From contig CAMWSK010000002.1 of the NCBI GenBank assembly GCA_947176895.1, positions 24,423-88,422 on the forward strand: 64,000 bases of DNA. The letters run 5' to 3'. A program made the position numbers and the translations under genes. The notes beneath the pieces were generated by a model that saw nothing but the letters and a program-made list of their open reading frames with translations, did not search any database and was not told the DNA's origin. Positions within the stretch are counted from its first letter, which is position 1; each line of letters opens with the position of its first letter. Shown here piece by piece: positions 21,714 through 30,589 of the stretch. This stretch comes from an uncultured Prevotellaceae bacterium (GTDB lineage: Bacteria; Bacteroidota; Bacteroidia; Bacteroidales; Bacteroidaceae).

Positions 21714-23081
21714 TCAGGCCTGCTCGGACTGGAACATCTTGTTGAAGTCCTCCAGACTTACCTCCTTTTGATTCAGCTTCACCAGAGCCAGGGCGGCTGC
21801 GGCAATCTTGTTCTCCACCGTGCGATAAACAAGGTTCTCGGCCTGCTGCTGGTTTTTCAGCATCTCCTGAGCATACTGGTTGAGCATCTGCTCGGGCACA
21901 TTGCTCATGCCGTACTGGGCAAACTGCACGCGGGTGAGTTGTTTGGCGGTCTCCATCACGTCGGCCTGCTCCACCTTCACCTGGAACTGGTCGCTCAGCT
22001 GCTCCTTAATCAGGTGCCAGGTCAGCTCGTCCTTGCTCTTCTCGAAGTTGTCCTCCACAAATTTCTCATCCTTATCCTGATTGTTCAGGCGCATGATCTT
22101 CTTCAGCATCTCCTCGGGATACTCCAAAGTACCCACACGTCCGGTGAGGTACGTGCGCAAATCCAGCATGAATTTGAACTGGCTGTCGTTCTTGAACTGC
22201 TCCTGCAGGCTGTTCTTGATAGCGGCACGGAACTCCTCTTCGCTCTTCACGGCATCCTTGCCCAGCACCTGGTCAAACAACTCCTGTGTGAGGGCTGCAG
22301 GCTGGAAGCGTGTGATTTCGGTGACATCCAGTTTGAAGTCACCCTGGCAATTGGCCACCTCGGCCTTGTCGATACCCAGCATGCTGCTCAGCTCCACCTC
22401 GTTGCCATCGTAGGCCTTGAAGGGGTTCAGCACGATCGAGCCGCCCACCTTGACACCGTTGAACAGAGCCTTCTGCTCATCGTTCTTCATATATTCGGGC
22501 AACATCACGGCACCCTCCTTCACCACGCCGTCGGCCTTAGCCTCTCCGTTCTCGTCCAGCTGGGTCAGCGTACCTTTCACCATGTCCTTGGCCTGGTACT
22601 CGTCCACCTTCTGGTACTCACCGCCGCGGCTGGCATACATCTGCACCTGCTGTTCCACCATCTCGTCGGTCACCTGGATGGTGTAGTAGTCCACGGTGTC
22701 CTTCTTGCTCAACTTGGCATCAAACTCGGGAGCCAGAGCGATGTCGAACACGAAAGTGAAGCTCTCCATGGTCTCGAAGTTCACCTCGGGTGTCTTCTCG
22801 ACATTGGGCAGAGGCTCGCCCAGAATATTGATTTTCTGCTCGCGGATATATCCATAAAGTTTCTCGCCCAGCACCTTGTTCACCTCCTCGGCGGTAACCT
22901 CGTTGCCGAAACGCTTCTTCAGCATGCTCATGGGAGCCTGGCCGGGACGGAAGCCGGGCACGCTGGCACGCTTGCGATAGTCCTTCAGCGCCTTTTCCAC
23001 ACGGTCGGCATAATCTTCTTTGTTGATGGTAACGGTGATTTCTGCGTTCACATTACCGGTCTTTTCAAATTTGATGTCCAT
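21714..23081 (-). CDS. tig: Trigger factor
   Basis: 455 aa. The N-terminal ribosome-binding motif VPGFRPGQAPMSMLKKRFG is present. The tig-clpP-clpX order is conserved. Confidence 0.92.
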   Translation of the reverse strand: MDIKFEKTGNVNAEITVTINKEDYADRVEKALKDYRKRASVPGFRPGQAPMSMLKKRFGNEVTAEEVNKVLGEKLYGYIREQKINILGEPLPNVEKTPEVNFETMESFTFVFDIALAPEFDAKLSKKDTVDYYTIQVTDEMVEQQVQMYASRGGEYQKVDEYQAKDMVKGTLTQLDENGEAKADGVVKEGAVMLPEYMKNDEQKALFNGVKVGGSIVLNPFKAYDGNEVELSSMLGIDKAEVANCQGDFKLDVTEITRFQPAALTQELFDQVLGKDAVKSEEEFRAAIKNSLQEQFKNDSQFKFMLDLRTYLTGRVGTLEYPEEMLKKIMRLNNQDKDEKFVEDNFEKSKDELTWHLIKEQLSDQFQVKVEQADVMETAKQLTRVQFAQYGMSNVPEQMLNQYAQEMLKNQQQAENLVYRTVENKIAAAALALVKLNQKEVSLEDFNKMFQSEQA

Positions 23082-23180
23082 ATTGTTTTTATGTTGTATT
23101 TGTTTATTTCACATTATCAAACACGTCACGCAAGGCGCAAAGATAACACTTTTTTTCAAGATGCCCAAATATGTGGGTTC

Positions 23181-23843
23181 TTAATCTTCCCGCCCCCGCA
23201 ATCCGACCGCCCGGCAGAGCGTGTCGAAGGTCTGTCCCTCCAGGCTGTCCCACACGTGATGGCAACGGTTCTTTATCTGCTCACGCGGGTTGGTGGTGGC
23301 CAGCCCCAAGGTGAAGGCCCCGCTGCGCATGCCGCTTTCCAGACCCGTGAACGCATCCTCCACCACCACGCATTGGCGTATGCCAACGCCCAAAGCGGCG
23401 GCCGCCCTCAGATAAGGGTCGGGGGCCGGCTTCGAGGCGTGGAAGTCCTCGCTGGTAAGTATCCTGTCAAAAAGCGTGCCAAAGCGGGGATGTGCCTGAC
23501 AGAATTTCTGCATTTTACCGGTATCACTGCTGGTCACCACGGCGGTGAGCAGGCCGTTCCGGCGCAAATCCAGCACAAAATCGACGGCACCCGGAAAAAG
23601 CGTGAAGTCCATCCGCGACTCCATCTCCTCGATGCTTTCCACCACCTGGCGCTGCACATCGGCATCGGGGAAATAGCGCTGCAGGATCTGCACCATCGTG
23701 GTTCCCTTGATGTCCTGCGCCAACGTGGGGACCTGAGGCGCCCATCGCCGCCCCACCTCGCTCCACATCCGGGTATATTGCCCCTCGGAATCCACCAATG
23801 TGCCGTCCAAATCAAACAACACGGCCTTCAATTGCGTTATCAT
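23181..23843 (-). CDS. HAD-superfamily hydrolase (beta-phosphoglucomutase-like subfamily IA)
   Basis: Trimmed to ATG 23843. Motif I is AVLFDLDGTLVDSE. Later motifs are VVTSS and VVVEDAFTGLESG. Confidence 0.8.
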   Translation of the reverse strand: MITQLKAVLFDLDGTLVDSEGQYTRMWSEVGRRWAPQVPTLAQDIKGTTMVQILQRYFPDADVQRQVVESIEEMESRMDFTLFPGAVDFVLDLRRNGLLTAVVTSSDTGKMQKFCQAHPRFGTLFDRILTSEDFHASKPAPDPYLRAAAALGVGIRQCVVVEDAFTGLESGMRSGAFTLGLATTNPREQIKNRCHHVWDSLEGQTFDTLCRAVGLRGRED

Positions 23844-23929
23844 TATATATAATATATGGTGTAAAGGAAAAACTGCGCAAAGATACACATATTTTCATAC
23901 AACATGCCTCATGTTTAATTTTTTTCCAA

Positions 23930-23937
23930 TAACTTTG
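23930..23937 (+). promoter_or_regulatory. -7 box TAACTTTG upstream of the Na/Pi cotransporter gene
   Basis: TAACTTTG lies 34 nt upstream of ATG 23972. Confidence 0.4.
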
Positions 23938-23971
23938 TAAGACTTAAGATTGTCACAAACAACACAAATCA

Positions 23972-25669
23972 ATGGAGACACTTATCAATCTGCTCTCGCT
24001 CGTCGGCTCTTTGGGCCTTTTTCTTTACGGCATGAAGATCATGAGCGAGGGGCTGGAAAAGTTTGCCGGAGACAAGTTGCGAAACATTTTGTCGGCCATG
24101 ACGAAGAACCGGTTTATGGGCGTGCTGACAGGCATACTGGTCACGGCCCTGATCCAGTCGAGCAGCGCCACCACAGTGATGGTGGTGTCTTTCGTAAACG
24201 CCGGCCTCATGACCCTGAAACAGAGCATCGGCGTGATTATGGGCGCCAACATCGGCACCACCGTCACGGCCTGGCTTATATCGGCCGTCGGTTTTAAAGT
24301 CAACATCTCCGCCTTTGCCATTCCCCTGTTGGCTTTCGGCCTTCCTCTTTTGTTTTCCAAGGAAGGCAAGCGCAAGAATCTGGGCGAATTTATCTTCGGT
24401 TTCTCGTTCCTTTTCATGGGTCTGAGCCTTCTGCAGGAGGCAGCCACGGCCATCCACATCGACGTGATTGTGGCCAACATGCTGGCCAACGTGCCCACCG
24501 GCAGCTTCCTCACCATCCTGCTGTTCATTTTCGTGGGTGCTTTGGTCACGATGCTCGTGCAGGCCAGCGCCGCCACCATGGCCGTCACCCTGATGCTCTA
24601 CAGCATGAACATCCCCGGCTTCGGCTTTGAAGAGGCCTGTGCCCTGGCCATGGGCCAGAACATCGGCACCACCATCACCGCCGTGCTGGCCTCGCTCACG
24701 GCCAACACCCAGGCACGCCGGGCCGCACTGGCCCACATGTTCTTCAACGTGTTCGGCGTGGTCGTGGTGCTTCTCTTCTTCCACCCCGCCTGCGATGCTG
24801 TCAGCTGGTTTGTGACCGATGTGATGCACAACACCGACAACGACCTGTTCAAGCTCTCGGCCTTCCACTCGGCCTTCAACATCTTCAACACCGTCCTGCT
24901 CATCGGCTTCGTGTCACAAATCGAGAAGCTCGTGTGCCGCATCCTGCCCATGAAGGAGGAGGATATGGAGTACCGCCTCCACTACATCTCCGCAGGCATC
25001 CTCTCCACCGCCGAGCTGTCCATCCTTGAGGCCGAAAAAGAGGTGAACAACTTCGCCGAGCGTTGCCGCCGCATGTTCCACATCGTGCGCACCCTGTTGC
25101 AGACCAAAGACGAGAAGGAGTTCAACAAACAGTTCTCGCGTGTGGAAAAATACGAGGCCATCACCGACCGTATGGAAATAGAGATTGCCAACTACCTCAA
25201 CCGCGTGAGCGAAGGGCGCCTGAGCAACGAGTCGAAGGCACAGATACAGAAGATGCTGAAGCAGATAAGCGAGTTGGAGAGCATCGGAGACAGCTGCTAC
25301 AAGCTGGCACGCACCATCTATCGCAAGCGCCAGCAGGAGGAGGAATTCTCCGACGAACAGATGCGGCACATCTATGACATGATGGGACTGGTGGACCAGG
25401 CCCTGACAGAAATGGTGAAGAAGGTGGAACTGAACTCCATGAACATCCGCATCACCGAGTCGCTCAACATCGAGAACGAGATAAACAACTACCGCGCACA
25501 ACTCAAGGACCAGAACCTGCAGGACGTGAACGCCGGCCTCTACAGCTATCAGACGGGCGTGCTCTACATCGACTTCGTGAGTGAATGCGAGAAGCTGGGC
25601 GACTACATCATCAACGTGGTGCAGGCTGGCAAGGGGCTAAACAACAGCGACCCCGAACGCAAGGAATAA
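23972..25669 (+). CDS. Na+/phosphate cotransporter family protein (NptA-like with a PhoU-like C-terminal domain)
   Basis: 565 aa. LGLFLYGMKIMSEGLEK and ALIQSSSATTVMVVSF are present, with a second repeat VQASAATMAVTLML. The C-terminal domain is soluble and helical. Confidence 0.88.
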   Translation: METLINLLSLVGSLGLFLYGMKIMSEGLEKFAGDKLRNILSAMTKNRFMGVLTGILVTALIQSSSATTVMVVSFVNAGLMTLKQSIGVIMGANIGTTVTAWLISAVGFKVNISAFAIPLLAFGLPLLFSKEGKRKNLGEFIFGFSFLFMGLSLLQEAATAIHIDVIVANMLANVPTGSFLTILLFIFVGALVTMLVQASAATMAVTLMLYSMNIPGFGFEEACALAMGQNIGTTITAVLASLTANTQARRAALAHMFFNVFGVVVVLLFFHPACDAVSWFVTDVMHNTDNDLFKLSAFHSAFNIFNTVLLIGFVSQIEKLVCRILPMKEEDMEYRLHYISAGILSTAELSILEAEKEVNNFAERCRRMFHIVRTLLQTKDEKEFNKQFSRVEKYEAITDRMEIEIANYLNRVSEGRLSNESKAQIQKMLKQISELESIGDSCYKLARTIYRKRQQEEEFSDEQMRHIYDMMGLVDQALTEMVKKVELNSMNIRITESLNIENEINNYRAQLKDQNLQDVNAGLYSYQTGVLYIDFVSECEKLGDYIINVVQAGKGLNNSDPERKE

Positions 25670-25701
25670 CGCCCGCCGGCAGAGAGATTTTGGCAGAATT
25701 A

Positions 25702-25733
25702 TTTGCACAAAACATTTCTTTCCACTATATTTG
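25702..25733 (+). promoter_or_regulatory. Orphan promoter (TTTG-N20-TATATTTG) with no CDS downstream
   Basis: TTTG at 25702-25705 and TATATTTG at 25726-25733. The next plus-strand signal is the terminator at 25933-25967. The next gene (serpin) is on the opposite strand. Confidence 0.5.
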
Positions 25734-25739
25734 TAATAG

Positions 25740-25967
25740 CAAACAGCGATTATTGACATAGCCACATCAGTTCGATCGGGATACTCATCAAATAAATCTT
25801 GAAACCGAGAAAGCACCGAACCACCAATGGCGTGCCGCTATCCCTCGGGATTGGGCGGATTACAAAGGTGGGGAGGCACTCAAAACCTATTTTTTCGGAG
25901 TTTCATCACATCACTGGTGTGGTTTTACATAAAGAGGGAAGCACTTATCCGTGCTTCCCTCTTTTTT
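25740..25967 (+). ncRNA. Candidate small RNA (~225 nt), family unknown
   Basis: Bounded by a consensus promoter and a strong terminator. It has no convincing ORF. There is local pairing potential, for example CCGCTATCCC/GGGATTGGGCGG, and GCCACATCAG (25761-70) with CTGGTGTGGT (25914-23). I did not recognise it as SRP, 6S, RNase P or tmRNA. Confidence 0.35.
25933..25967. terminator. Bidirectional rho-independent terminator (candidate sRNA / serpin gene)
   Basis: A 12-bp stem AGAGGGAAGCAC/GTGCTTCCCTCT with a 6-nt loop, then TTTTT on the plus strand. An A-rich flank lies on the other side. Confidence 0.8.
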
Positions 25968-26005
25968 CGTGGGGCTGTGTCAGAATTCAATTCATCGAAC
26001 TCGCG

Positions 26006-27262
26006 TTATTCACCGTTGTACACACCCATAAAGAAGACAGCACCCGTGCTACGCTCCACAATACCATAAAGGAAAGGATGGTCGGCCCGGAACACCGCCT
26101 GCTTGATTGGCGCGCCAAACGTGTACTGATCACCCCATGTTGCTGCCGCAGCCTTCGTGCCTTCCTCGTTCACCTCGATAACAGCATTCTGAAAAACATA
26201 TAATTCTTTGGAATCGTCTGTCACGGGGAACATCTTCGGGAACCTGGAGGAAACAGAGGCCAGCCCGCCGATGCTCTCTTCGCCGAACCACACATCCTGC
26301 AGACTCTTCAATTCCGTCCGCGTCTTGAATTTGGGCAGATAGAGGTCCACTTCCACTCCGGACTGCATGGCTTTCAAGTCAGGCCATTCCTGTTTTGCCA
26401 GCAACGCCCCGATGCCATCCGGCTTCACGGGCAACACGACCACCATGTTCCACGAACCGTTGCCGTAGGGGATTGCCACAGCCTGATAATCCTCCGTCTC
26501 GGCATACCCGGTATTCCTTTTGGAATGCATCATTTCCACATCCGTTTCCTCCCCGTTTCCTGCCAGGAAAGGCTGTGTGGTGGTGTTCTTCGCCTCGAAG
26601 GGTTCATACCACAATCCATTGAAGTAGATGGTGTTCATCAGCAACGCCTTGCCGGCCATTTCCTCATTCTCTTCAAGGGCCTTGGGAATCATGCCATGCG
26701 TTTTCCCGCTCACCCATTGATTGATATGGCTTATGGCTTCCGCATCCGGCATGTTCACGTTTTCCACATAAGCCTGATAGCTTTGTTTCATCTGCTCCAC
26801 AAAGTCGGGAAGGAAGGTTCCGCCGTTCACCGTGAACAGGGCATTCTCCGTCTCCACCGTGGTGCGCTTATCCAGATTTTCACTTGTGGTGTTTAACGTA
26901 CGGTAATACGCGTTTACGGCTTCCGTGCTGACGTCCTCGTCCAGACACAGCGTCGCAAGAATCTTCCGGGCCGTAGCCTCATCGGCACCGTTCAGCAACA
27001 TCCCCAATTCGTACCCCATACTCATCGGGGAGAAGAACAGCGACTTGCTATCGTCCTGCTCATATAACTGCTTGGCCGTGCGCAAGGCGAAAGCGTTGCT
27101 CTGCGCCACCATATTCTGCTGGTCCGCGCTCACCTCTATCACACCGGGCTTCCACTCCCTCTCCCAACCGGTTGTCTTGGGATTTGCGTCCTCGCTCTCA
27201 CACGCTGTCAGCATCCCGGCCGCAGCAAGTAGCACAAACGATAACAACTTTAATGATTTCAT
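26006..27262 (-). CDS. Serpin-family protease inhibitor, lipoprotein
   Basis: 418 aa. Lipobox LTAC at Cys21. Serpin core blocks are present (FFSPMSMGYELGMLLNGA, NTIYFNGLWYEPF). The hinge and reactive-centre loop read EEGTKAAAATWGDQYTFGAP and are followed by FRADHPFLYGI. Confidence 0.88.
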   Translation of the reverse strand: MKSLKLLSFVLLAAAGMLTACESEDANPKTTGWEREWKPGVIEVSADQQNMVAQSNAFALRTAKQLYEQDDSKSLFFSPMSMGYELGMLLNGADEATARKILATLCLDEDVSTEAVNAYYRTLNTTSENLDKRTTVETENALFTVNGGTFLPDFVEQMKQSYQAYVENVNMPDAEAISHINQWVSGKTHGMIPKALEENEEMAGKALLMNTIYFNGLWYEPFEAKNTTTQPFLAGNGEETDVEMMHSKRNTGYAETEDYQAVAIPYGNGSWNMVVVLPVKPDGIGALLAKQEWPDLKAMQSGVEVDLYLPKFKTRTELKSLQDVWFGEESIGGLASVSSRFPKMFPVTDDSKELYVFQNAVIEVNEEGTKAAAATWGDQYTFGAPIKQAVFRADHPFLYGIVERSTGAVFFMGVYNGE

Positions 27263-27399
27263 AGATTAACAAGTTTAACGTTTTAATCACATTTTAAGAT
27301 AAACAAATATATATATAATATTTTTGTGCACCCAACAGCCGGGCATACCTTTAACTTGTTTTAACTTATCTTAAACACCTGTGGCCGGCATCCACCCCC

Positions 27400-27485
27400 A
27401 AAAAACATCGTGATGTTTTCAAAAAACATGAACATCTTTTTCAAAAACATCCGCATGTTTTCATCAAAACATGCGGATGTTTTTA
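27400..27485. repeat. Dispersed intergenic repeat, copy B: four tandem units including a perfect 19-bp inverted repeat
   Basis: The units are aaaaaacatcgtgatgtttt, aaaaaacatgaacatcttttt, aaaaacatccgcatgtttt, a catc spacer, then aaaacatgcggatgttttt. Positions 27443-27461 and 27466-27484 are exact reverse complements. Confidence 0.85.
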
Positions 27486-27521
27486 TTCACCCATGCAGAC
27501 ACAAAAAAAATCACCCGAAAG

Positions 27522-27551
27522 TTGCACGCTTCCGTTTTTTTTTTACCTTTG
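27522..27551 (+). promoter_or_regulatory. Promoter (TTG-N19-TACCTTTG)
   Basis: TTG at 27522-27524 and TACCTTTG at 27544-27551, 26 nt upstream of ATG 27578. Confidence 0.55.
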
Positions 27552-27577
27552 CAGCGCACTTTAAAACAACCAAAAAA

Positions 27578-27718
27578 ATGAGACTTTTCCTCCTCATCTG
27601 GCTCGGCATCGTGGCTTTCACCTATCTGGTGATGTTGTGCGATGTCATTTACTACAACCGGAAAGCACGCCTCCTCTGGAAATCATTTGTGCAGAACATC
27701 GTGGAAGAGGAGGATTAG
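27578..27718 (+). CDS. Possible 46-aa single-pass membrane peptide
   Basis: MRLFLLIWLGIVAFTYLVMLCDVIYYNRKARLLWKSFVQNIVEEED. This is the in-frame tail of track ORF 27410..27718. It sits directly behind a good promoter and upstream of the ABC transporter genes. No family recognised. Confidence 0.35.
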   Translation: MRLFLLIWLGIVAFTYLVMLCDVIYYNRKARLLWKSFVQNIVEEED

Positions 27719-27844
27719 CCTTTTGGAGGCAGGGGGGGTGAAAAAAACATTGTGCCTTGTAGTTTTTTTCACGGCCTTTGCGTCTAAAGGGCAGAATGCT
27801 TTCACGAAAGAAAAAAAATGAGAGGCCAACAAAATACATTGTCA

Positions 27845-28795
27845 ATGAAAAATTTTCTTGAAGCACGGCATATCACCAAACGATATGCCAACCATGTGGC
27901 ACTGAGCGACGTGAGCATCTCGGTGCCCGCCGGACAAATCTTCGGGCTGCTCGGGCCCAACGGAGCGGGCAAGACCACGCTCATCCGCACCCTCAACCGC
28001 ATCACCATGCCCGACGAGGGTCAAATCCTCTTCGACGGCCACGCCCTCTGCCCCGCCGACATCCACAATATCGGTTACCTGCCCGAAGAACGCGGACTCT
28101 ACCGCAAGATGAAGGTGGGCGAACAGGCCATTTATCTGGCCCAGCTGAAGGGGCTTTCGAGCAAGGAAGCCAAGGCGCGGCTGACCGAGTGGTTCGAACG
28201 CTTCGACATCATGCCCTGGTGGAACAAGAAACTGGAAGAGCTGTCCAAGGGCATGCAGCAGAAGGTGCAGTTCATCATCACCCTGCTCCACCGGCCCCAA
28301 CTGCTCATCCTGGACGAGCCTTTCTCGGGCTTCGACCCCGTCAACGCCCAGCAACTCAAGCAGGAAATCCTGCGCCTGCGCGACAACGGCCACACCATCA
28401 TCCTCTCCACCCACAACATGGAGAGCGTGGAGCAGATGTGCGACACCATAGCCCTCATCAACCACTCGCAGGTGGTGTTGGGGGGAGAGGTGGACGACAT
28501 CCGCCGCCAACACCGCACAGGCCTGTTCCAGGCCACCCTGCACGAGGGCACCCTCGCCGGAGAGCCGGGGCTGTATGAGGTGGAGCCCGCCGAAAGCCGC
28601 CACGGAGAACACAACTATCTTATCCGCAACACGGGCGGACTGGCCAACAGCGACCTCTGCATCCGGCTGGCCCGGCAGGCACAGCTGGTGAGCTTCTGCG
28701 AGAAACTGCCCACGATGAACGAGGTGTTCCTGAAAGTGGTGGGCGAGAATGCCAAATGGTCTGACCAGCAAATCGAAAACAAGCAAGACAAATGA
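27845..28795 (+). CDS. ABC transporter ATP-binding protein (NatA-like, with a C-terminal accessory domain)
   Basis: Walker A GLLGPNGAGKTT, signature LSKGMQQK, Walker B LLILDEPFSGFD. An alternative upstream ATG lies at 27818. Confidence 0.9.
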   Translation: MKNFLEARHITKRYANHVALSDVSISVPAGQIFGLLGPNGAGKTTLIRTLNRITMPDEGQILFDGHALCPADIHNIGYLPEERGLYRKMKVGEQAIYLAQLKGLSSKEAKARLTEWFERFDIMPWWNKKLEELSKGMQQKVQFIITLLHRPQLLILDEPFSGFDPVNAQQLKQEILRLRDNGHTIILSTHNMESVEQMCDTIALINHSQVVLGGEVDDIRRQHRTGLFQATLHEGTLAGEPGLYEVEPAESRHGEHNYLIRNTGGLANSDLCIRLARQAQLVSFCEKLPTMNEVFLKVVGENAKWSDQQIENKQDK

Positions 28796-30033
28796 ACAAG
28801 ATACTCATCGTCATCCGCCGCGAATACCTGCGGCGCGTAAACAAAAAAAGCTTCATTCTGCTCACCATCCTATTGCCCGTGCTCATGGTGGGCATCGTGG
28901 CCGTGCCCATCTGGCTGGGCGGCATCAGCAGCGACAAGCAGCAGACCGTGGCCATCGTGGACGACACGCAACAGTACGCACAGGCCTTCCGGGACACCCC
29001 CGACTACCACTTCATCCGGACCACATCCCCGGAAGAGCAGTTCAAAAGCGAAGACAACGAGGTGGAAGCCGTGATCTGTATCCGGCCAAGCGACAGGCCC
29101 AACATGCCCGACGTGAAGATATACAGCCGCCAGGAGGTGCAGGGCATGTTGCTCAACACCGTGAAGCAGACCGTCAACGCCATCGTGCAGCAAAAGAAAC
29201 TGGAAGCCTCGGGCGTGGAAAACCTGGAGCAGATTCTGGCCGACCTGAGCCAGCCCGTGGACATCGGCACCTACAAATGGACGGAAGACGGGGCACAGCA
29301 AAGCTCCAACACAGGCATTGCCATGGCGTCGGGCTTCCTGCTCACCTTCCTTATATACCTGTTCGTACTTTCCTACGGATCCATGGTGATGCAGAGCGTC
29401 ATCGAGGAAAAGACGGGGCGCATCGTAGAGATTATGGTCAGCAGCGTGCGGCCCTTCCAACTGATGATGGGCAAAATCATCGGCATCATGCTGGTGGGCC
29501 TCACCCAGATGGCCGTCTGGGGAGTCTTCCTGGCCCTCTTCCTCTCGCTGGGCGGACAGATCAAAGGCATCTCGGGCAGCGACATCGCCGACATGTTCGC
29601 CGCCGTCCAGGGGCTGCCCCTGGCAGAGATGGGCATCATGTTCCTGCTGATGTTCCTGGGCGGCTTCCTGCTCTACGCCAGCTTCTTTGCCGCCGTGGGC
29701 GCCAGCGTCAACGAGCAGGAGGACAGCTCGCAGTTCGTCATGCCCGTGATGCTCGTCATGATTTTTGCCATCTATGCGGCCATGGCAGCCATGGAGAACA
29801 CCAACGGCCCGCTGGCCTTCTGGGCAAGCATCTTCCCGCTCACCTCACCCGTGGTGATGATGGTCCGACTCCCCTTCGGTGTGCCCTTGTGGCAAGAGTT
29901 GCTGAGCCTGGCCCTGCTCTTCGCCACCAGCGTGCTGATGGTGGGCGTCGGTGCCAAAATCTATCGCATCGGCATCCTCATGTACGGCAAGAAACCTTCG
30001 CTCAAGGAAATCGGCAAGTGGCTGAGATACTAA
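28792..30033 (+). CDS. ABC-2 type transporter permease (NatB-like)
   Basis: 413 aa. The ATGA start overlaps the ATPase stop. An N-terminal TM helix is followed by a large extracytoplasmic loop and then a multi-TM region with the SVIEEKTGRIVEIMVSSVRPFQLMMGK block. Confidence 0.85.
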   Translation: MNKILIVIRREYLRRVNKKSFILLTILLPVLMVGIVAVPIWLGGISSDKQQTVAIVDDTQQYAQAFRDTPDYHFIRTTSPEEQFKSEDNEVEAVICIRPSDRPNMPDVKIYSRQEVQGMLLNTVKQTVNAIVQQKKLEASGVENLEQILADLSQPVDIGTYKWTEDGAQQSSNTGIAMASGFLLTFLIYLFVLSYGSMVMQSVIEEKTGRIVEIMVSSVRPFQLMMGKIIGIMLVGLTQMAVWGVFLALFLSLGGQIKGISGSDIADMFAAVQGLPLAEMGIMFLLMFLGGFLLYASFFAAVGASVNEQEDSSQFVMPVMLVMIFAIYAAMAAMENTNGPLAFWASIFPLTSPVVMMVRLPFGVPLWQELLSLALLFATSVLMVGVGAKIYRIGILMYGKKPSLKEIGKWLRY

Positions 30034-30045
30034 ACCACAAGAAAA

Positions 30046-30082
30046 AGGCGCCGGCCCCTTTTCGGGGGGCCGGCGCCTTTTT
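30046..30082. terminator. Bidirectional rho-independent terminator
   Basis: A 13-bp GC-rich stem AGGCGCCGGCCCC/GGGGCCGGCGCCT flanked by AAAAA and TTTTT, between convergent genes. Confidence 0.85.
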
Positions 30083-30100
30083 CCGTGCAGACGAGCAGAA

Positions 30101-30409
30101 CTAAATACTGAAATCCAGGCAGGTGCGCTGCACGGTGAAGGGTTTTACCAGATTGTCGGCCACAGCCACGTGGGCGGGGTGCGCGGCATAGCCCTTCAGG
30201 GCCTCGAAGCTTTCCAGCGTAGCGTCGAGCATCACGTCGCAGTTGCTTGTGGGCAACGCCTGTTCGCCACCATAGACGCGGATGTCCAGCAGGCCGGGCA
30301 CCCGGCCTTTCAAATCCTCCAGCCCCTGCTTGATTCCGCGTATTGCCAACAGCTTCTCATCCCCTTGAAGTTCAGGATTCAACGTCCACAGAATAATGTG
30401 TTTTACCAT
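30101..30409 (-). CDS. Dabb-family (stress-responsive alpha/beta barrel) protein
   Basis: 102 aa. Starts MVKHIILWTL and ends ...HPAHVAVADNLVKP, a typical Dabb layout. Confidence 0.75.
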   Translation of the reverse strand: MVKHIILWTLNPELQGDEKLLAIRGIKQGLEDLKGRVPGLLDIRVYGGEQALPTSNCDVMLDATLESFEALKGYAAHPAHVAVADNLVKPFTVQRTCLDFSI

Positions 30410-30503
30410 AATCGTACGAATGTGTTGAAAATTGTTCGTGGCAAAGTTAATCGTTTTTTCCCAAATCTGCCACTCATTTGCCCAATATCACCATGCCGCC
30501 CTA

Positions 30504-30534
30504 TTGCTCATGTGGAAGAATTTCTCTACCTTTG
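30504..30534 (+). promoter_or_regulatory. Promoter (TTG-N20-TACCTTTG) for pflB
   Basis: TTG at 30504-30506 and TACCTTTG at 30527-30534, 55 nt upstream of ATG 30590. Confidence 0.55.
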
Positions 30535-30589
30535 CACTTGCTAAACGATTAGTAAGATAATTTAAACATTAAATTAAAACACATATAGT

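Noticed and set aside
25799-26203. A 134-aa plus-strand ORF, with the overlapping 80-aa ORF 25827..26069, in the Na/Pi-serpin spacer.
   Set aside because: Both read through a strong terminator hairpin and into the antisense of the serpin 3' end. There are no motifs, so the region is better explained as a non-coding transcript.
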